A DNA stretch of 64,000 bases from Paramoeba atlantica (taxonomy: Eukaryota; Protista; Discosea), in NCBI GenBank assembly GCA_977017575.1, contig CDRNVI010000036.1, positions 124,001 to 188,000 on the forward strand. The letters are read 5' to 3'. The position numbers and the translations under genes are program-made. The notes under the pieces are model-generated. The model saw nothing but the letters and a program-made list of their open reading frames with translations, made no database searches and had not been told where the DNA came from. Positions 61,225 to 64,000 of the stretch are shown in pieces. Position 1 is the first letter of the stretch. Each line of letters starts with the position of its first letter.

Positions 61225-62745
61225 TTATGATTGGAAAGCAAGGTTACTTGCAAAAGCTCGTTTATTAAATTCTGGAGGTAAAAATGTTACGTAATATGGT
61301 TTTAATGTTTCCTCGGTACTGGCTTCAAAGTATGGAAAACTGTGCGATGTCTGCTTTTCGGAATCGAGTGTGGGCGCAGGGTATCGAAGTTCAATGGAGT
61401 GAGGAACGTTAGTGTAGTTATGTTCTTCCCTACTTTTTCTGTCAAGGATGCCAGCATTCTCAACCACTCCTGTCTGGCCTTCTGAGGTTCCATGTTCGCG
61501 AACAGAAGAAATGCTCAAATAGAGGACGCCTTTTTGTCGATCAGTACAGTGGTTTGCTATACTCTGCACAAAGTACATTAAATCCATGCTAGAATGACTT
61601 TCCGACGCGTGCTCAACGAACCAAAGTATTATCAAGTCCCGAATATCAGTAGAAGCAGACGCGAATAATTTAATGACGAACTCAGCACTGTGATCACGCG
61701 ATATGAACGAAGACAAAGCACTCTTGTCGTCCGCAAATTTTAATAGGGTACGGGAAATGTGAGCAGTAACGTACTCTGAAGAGAAATCTAAAATGTAACT
61801 AAGCAGAGTGATGCCGTAAGGATCAGTTAAAAATTCTCCCGTATTCTCGAGTACGTGTCCCACAAGAAAAGCTTTGCTCTGGGATGGGAGCATAGAAAAC
61901 AGATATTCGAGTAAACTGCAACCCTCTGCAGATTTAGCCAAATACACTAATGCAGACACAATTTGATGCAGAAAGGGGTCGAGTAGGTCAGGAAACTCAC
62001 AGAGCCAACCCTTATGTTTTATCCGTTGGAGAAGTCTACGAATTACGTGGGCTCCATTTCTGTCCCGTAATGTTCTTAGTAAAGGAAACTCAGTGGTGTG
62101 GTTTTCGTTCGTCGCACACAGGTACTTCAAAAAAAGTGATGCTTGATCAACAGATTCGAGACTTTCTACGACTTTCCGAATTGGATAAGTACTTCGCTCA
62201 TTGCATCCTAACATCCGTATGGAAGGTGCGAGTAGTTCAATCAATTCGGATCGTTGTGTACAATCGCACAACTCAAAAATACGTTGGAAAACGGAAGCCG
62301 CGTGTCGCCGGGTTAGTAGATCGCTTAATTGTGTTTCCGTTAGCACTTGAAACTCCGAGTAAAGGGTTTCAATATCCCCCCTAGTGGCGTCTTGGAGAAT
62401 ACGAAGAAGTAGACGAGAGCCGGACTCTTCTTTGCTCAACGAGACTATGCGGCCAGCTAATGCGACAAGAGGAACAGGGTCCGGTTGCACAGGGACCGGA
62501 GGTGACAGCGACAAATCACGTATCGGAGTTACTGTGCACGGATACACTTCTTGGAAAGAGTCTGAGCTCATGTTCGGGGCATCGAATGAGGTTGTCGGGA
62601 CACATGGATAGTGAGGCATCGTAGAGGAGATCGTGTGACATAAGGGAATATCGGTGTGAGGGGAAAGCGATGGGGAGGGGGATAGCTCGTAAGACCATGA
62701 AACAGGTGGGACCGGGGGTGACAGAAGAAATCCACGTGAGTCCAT
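61225..62745 (-). CDS. Pumilio/PUF-repeat RNA-binding protein
   Basis: SKEESGSRLLLRILQ, HAASVFQRIFE, DRNGAHVIRRLLQ, DPYGITLL; Ser/Pro-rich N-terminus. The track start at 62829 is TTG; ATG at 62745. Confidence 0.85.
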   Translation of the reverse strand: MDSRGFLLSPPVPPVSWSYELSPSPSLSPHTDIPLCHTISSTMPHYPCVPTTSFDAPNMSSDSFQEVYPCTVTPIRDLSLSPPVPVQPDPVPLVALAGRIVSLSKEESGSRLLLRILQDATRGDIETLYSEFQVLTETQLSDLLTRRHAASVFQRIFELCDCTQRSELIELLAPSIRMLGCNERSTYPIRKVVESLESVDQASLFLKYLCATNENHTTEFPLLRTLRDRNGAHVIRRLLQRIKHKGWLCEFPDLLDPFLHQIVSALVYLAKSAEGCSLLEYLFSMLPSQSKAFLVGHVLENTGEFLTDPYGITLLSYILDFSSEYVTAHISRTLLKFADDKSALSSFISRDHSAEFVIKLFASASTDIRDLIILWFVEHASESHSSMDLMYFVQSIANHCTDRQKGVLYLSISSVREHGTSEGQTGVVENAGILDRKSREEHNYTNVPHSIELRYPAPTLDSEKQTSHSFPYFEASTEETLKPYYVTFLPPEFNKRAFASNLAFQS

Positions 62746-62995
62746 ATAGAAAATAGTTAAATACGCAGGATATGACACACAATGATATTGTGGAATAATA
62801 TACAATAATACAAACACTACTGTATACAAACAGTAACAGTACAGTTGTACGTACAGTACACACAGTGCAGCATTGCAACAATTTAAACCTTGGTATGTAC
62901 TACACTACATAGTATCTATACAGCATGTAACACATGTACATGTACATACATGTACTCTTCTTTTATACATGCATGTATTGTTCTCCAACACTTCT

Positions 62996-63643
62996 TCAAA
63001 GTGAATATCCTGAGCTCATTTTGACAATATCGGGTATAATGCCGTCCTTCGGTATGACCTTGGAACCAATTAAGAGTATACTTGTTAATTTTTTCGGCAA
63101 AGCAGTAAAGTCAACTACTCCATAGCTTACCTTACAGGAGAAGCTTGTAAGTGATAAAAAAAGTAAGCTCGCTGGCAATTTTGTAAAATCGAGGGGCCCT
63201 TCGAGGTAATTTTCATTCAAACTCAGAGACAACAGTTCAGGAGGGAGAGTACATAGGTCGACGTGTCCCATCACTGTACCATAACTAGCGTCCAAGGTAT
63301 GTAACCCATTCGGAAGGCTCGCCGTGGGTAAAACTCCAGTCAGGAAGTTGCTGGAAAAGTATCGGCTACACCGCCACCCAGCGGTAACCTCTACGATACA
63401 AGCTTTCTCGGGCAAAAGTTCCCAGCGCAGTTTGCCACGAAGCGCGAATCCTTTCCACGAGATTTTGTAAATTTCACCCGTCGATTCACAAGACACTCCG
63501 TCCCATTTACTTGCCGGAGTTTCTGCGGACCAGCTGTAGTGAGGGTTTTCTATTTCTGCTATCACCCGCATGAGTGTAATTTCTTGTGGGAGATTACCCG
63601 TGACGCGCCCCCGTCGAGTTGGCAGCTCCTCGCACTCATCCAT
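62996..63643 (-). CDS. Leucine-rich repeat protein, paralogue of 15608-16432
   Basis: MDE....TR.GRV...LPQE..M N-terminus, WS..TPASKWDGVSC cap, LPxxLxxLxL repeats. Confidence 0.88.
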   Translation of the reverse strand: MDECEELPTRRGRVTGNLPQEITLMRVIAEIENPHYSWSAETPASKWDGVSCESTGEIYKISWKGFALRGKLRWELLPEKACIVEVTAGWRCSRYFSSNFLTGVLPTASLPNGLHTLDASYGTVMGHVDLCTLPPELLSLSLNENYLEGPLDFTKLPASLLFLSLTSFSCKVSYGVVDFTALPKKLTSILLIGSKVIPKDGIIPDIVKMSSGYSL

Positions 63644-64000
63644 CAACCTACTTTTTTCACGAGTATGAGAAAAATGAGAAAATGTCTATTGCAGTAAGCC
63701 GTAGAACCAAGAGAATTGCAGAATCAAACCGTAGTACAAGTAAATTGCCCGTTGAAAATTAGCTTCGGTTTCCCCTATCTAACAGTGATTATAACAGATT
63801 ATCTGACAGGGATACAATGTATATATACAATGTGTATGTCAAAATTAAGAAGGCAGATGGCACAAACGCTGTACTGGGAAATGCCGCTGAACGCCACCGT
63901 ATTCGACGCGAAACGGCCGCACTTCACTTTCTTGAAAAACCACCTCTCTACAGTAGTTGAAGTGTGGAGAAAGCATCATACTGGTTCTCCTATGTGGATG

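Noticed and set aside
1-64000. Prokaryotic origin, alternative genetic code, tRNA/rRNA genes
   Set aside because: The genes are eukaryote-specific (Vps45, VMP1, PIG-V, UFD2, PUF), long ORFs translate with the standard code, and no cloverleaf or rRNA-like segment was seen. GTG/TTG starts in the ORF track were moved to the next ATG for host genes.

Overview
Compact, intron-free eukaryotic chromosome segment. All 31 recognisable or likely host genes lie on the minus strand with short spacers, and several have T-rich tract + AG sites just upstream of the ATG. This looks like part of one kinetoplastid-type polycistronic unit. Gene content and a paralogous cytosolic LRR family suggest a Perkinsela-like prokinetoplastid (inference, not database-checked). 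The genes are housekeeping: acetyl-CoA synthetase, PTB-like RRM, LYR, uL14m, deoC, presequence protease, two DEAD-box helicases, Vps45, RluA-type Psi synthase, Elf1, Pcc1, ALAT, VMP1, RNASEK-like, NAXE, VCS/EDC4-like, PIG-V, MetRS, SPCS1, UFD2 and a PUF protein. Two gene-free islands carry DNA-transposon material. The first (~8.1-15.3 kb) holds a ~4.1 kb plus-strand element. It encodes a DUF6729-like / DDE (D-D-DxxH-E) transposase with a Myb-like tail, broken by a 5-bp duplication, and is followed head-to-tail by its own deletion derivative. The second (~51.5-53.3 kb) is a nest of TA-flanked, inverted-repeat non-autonomous elements. A separate pattern ignores gene boundaries: 1-1.5 kb GC-rich islands inside CDSs (ACS, ALAT, UFD2, weakly MetRS) switch from C-rich to G-rich at their centre. 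No tRNA, rRNA or CRISPR array is supported.
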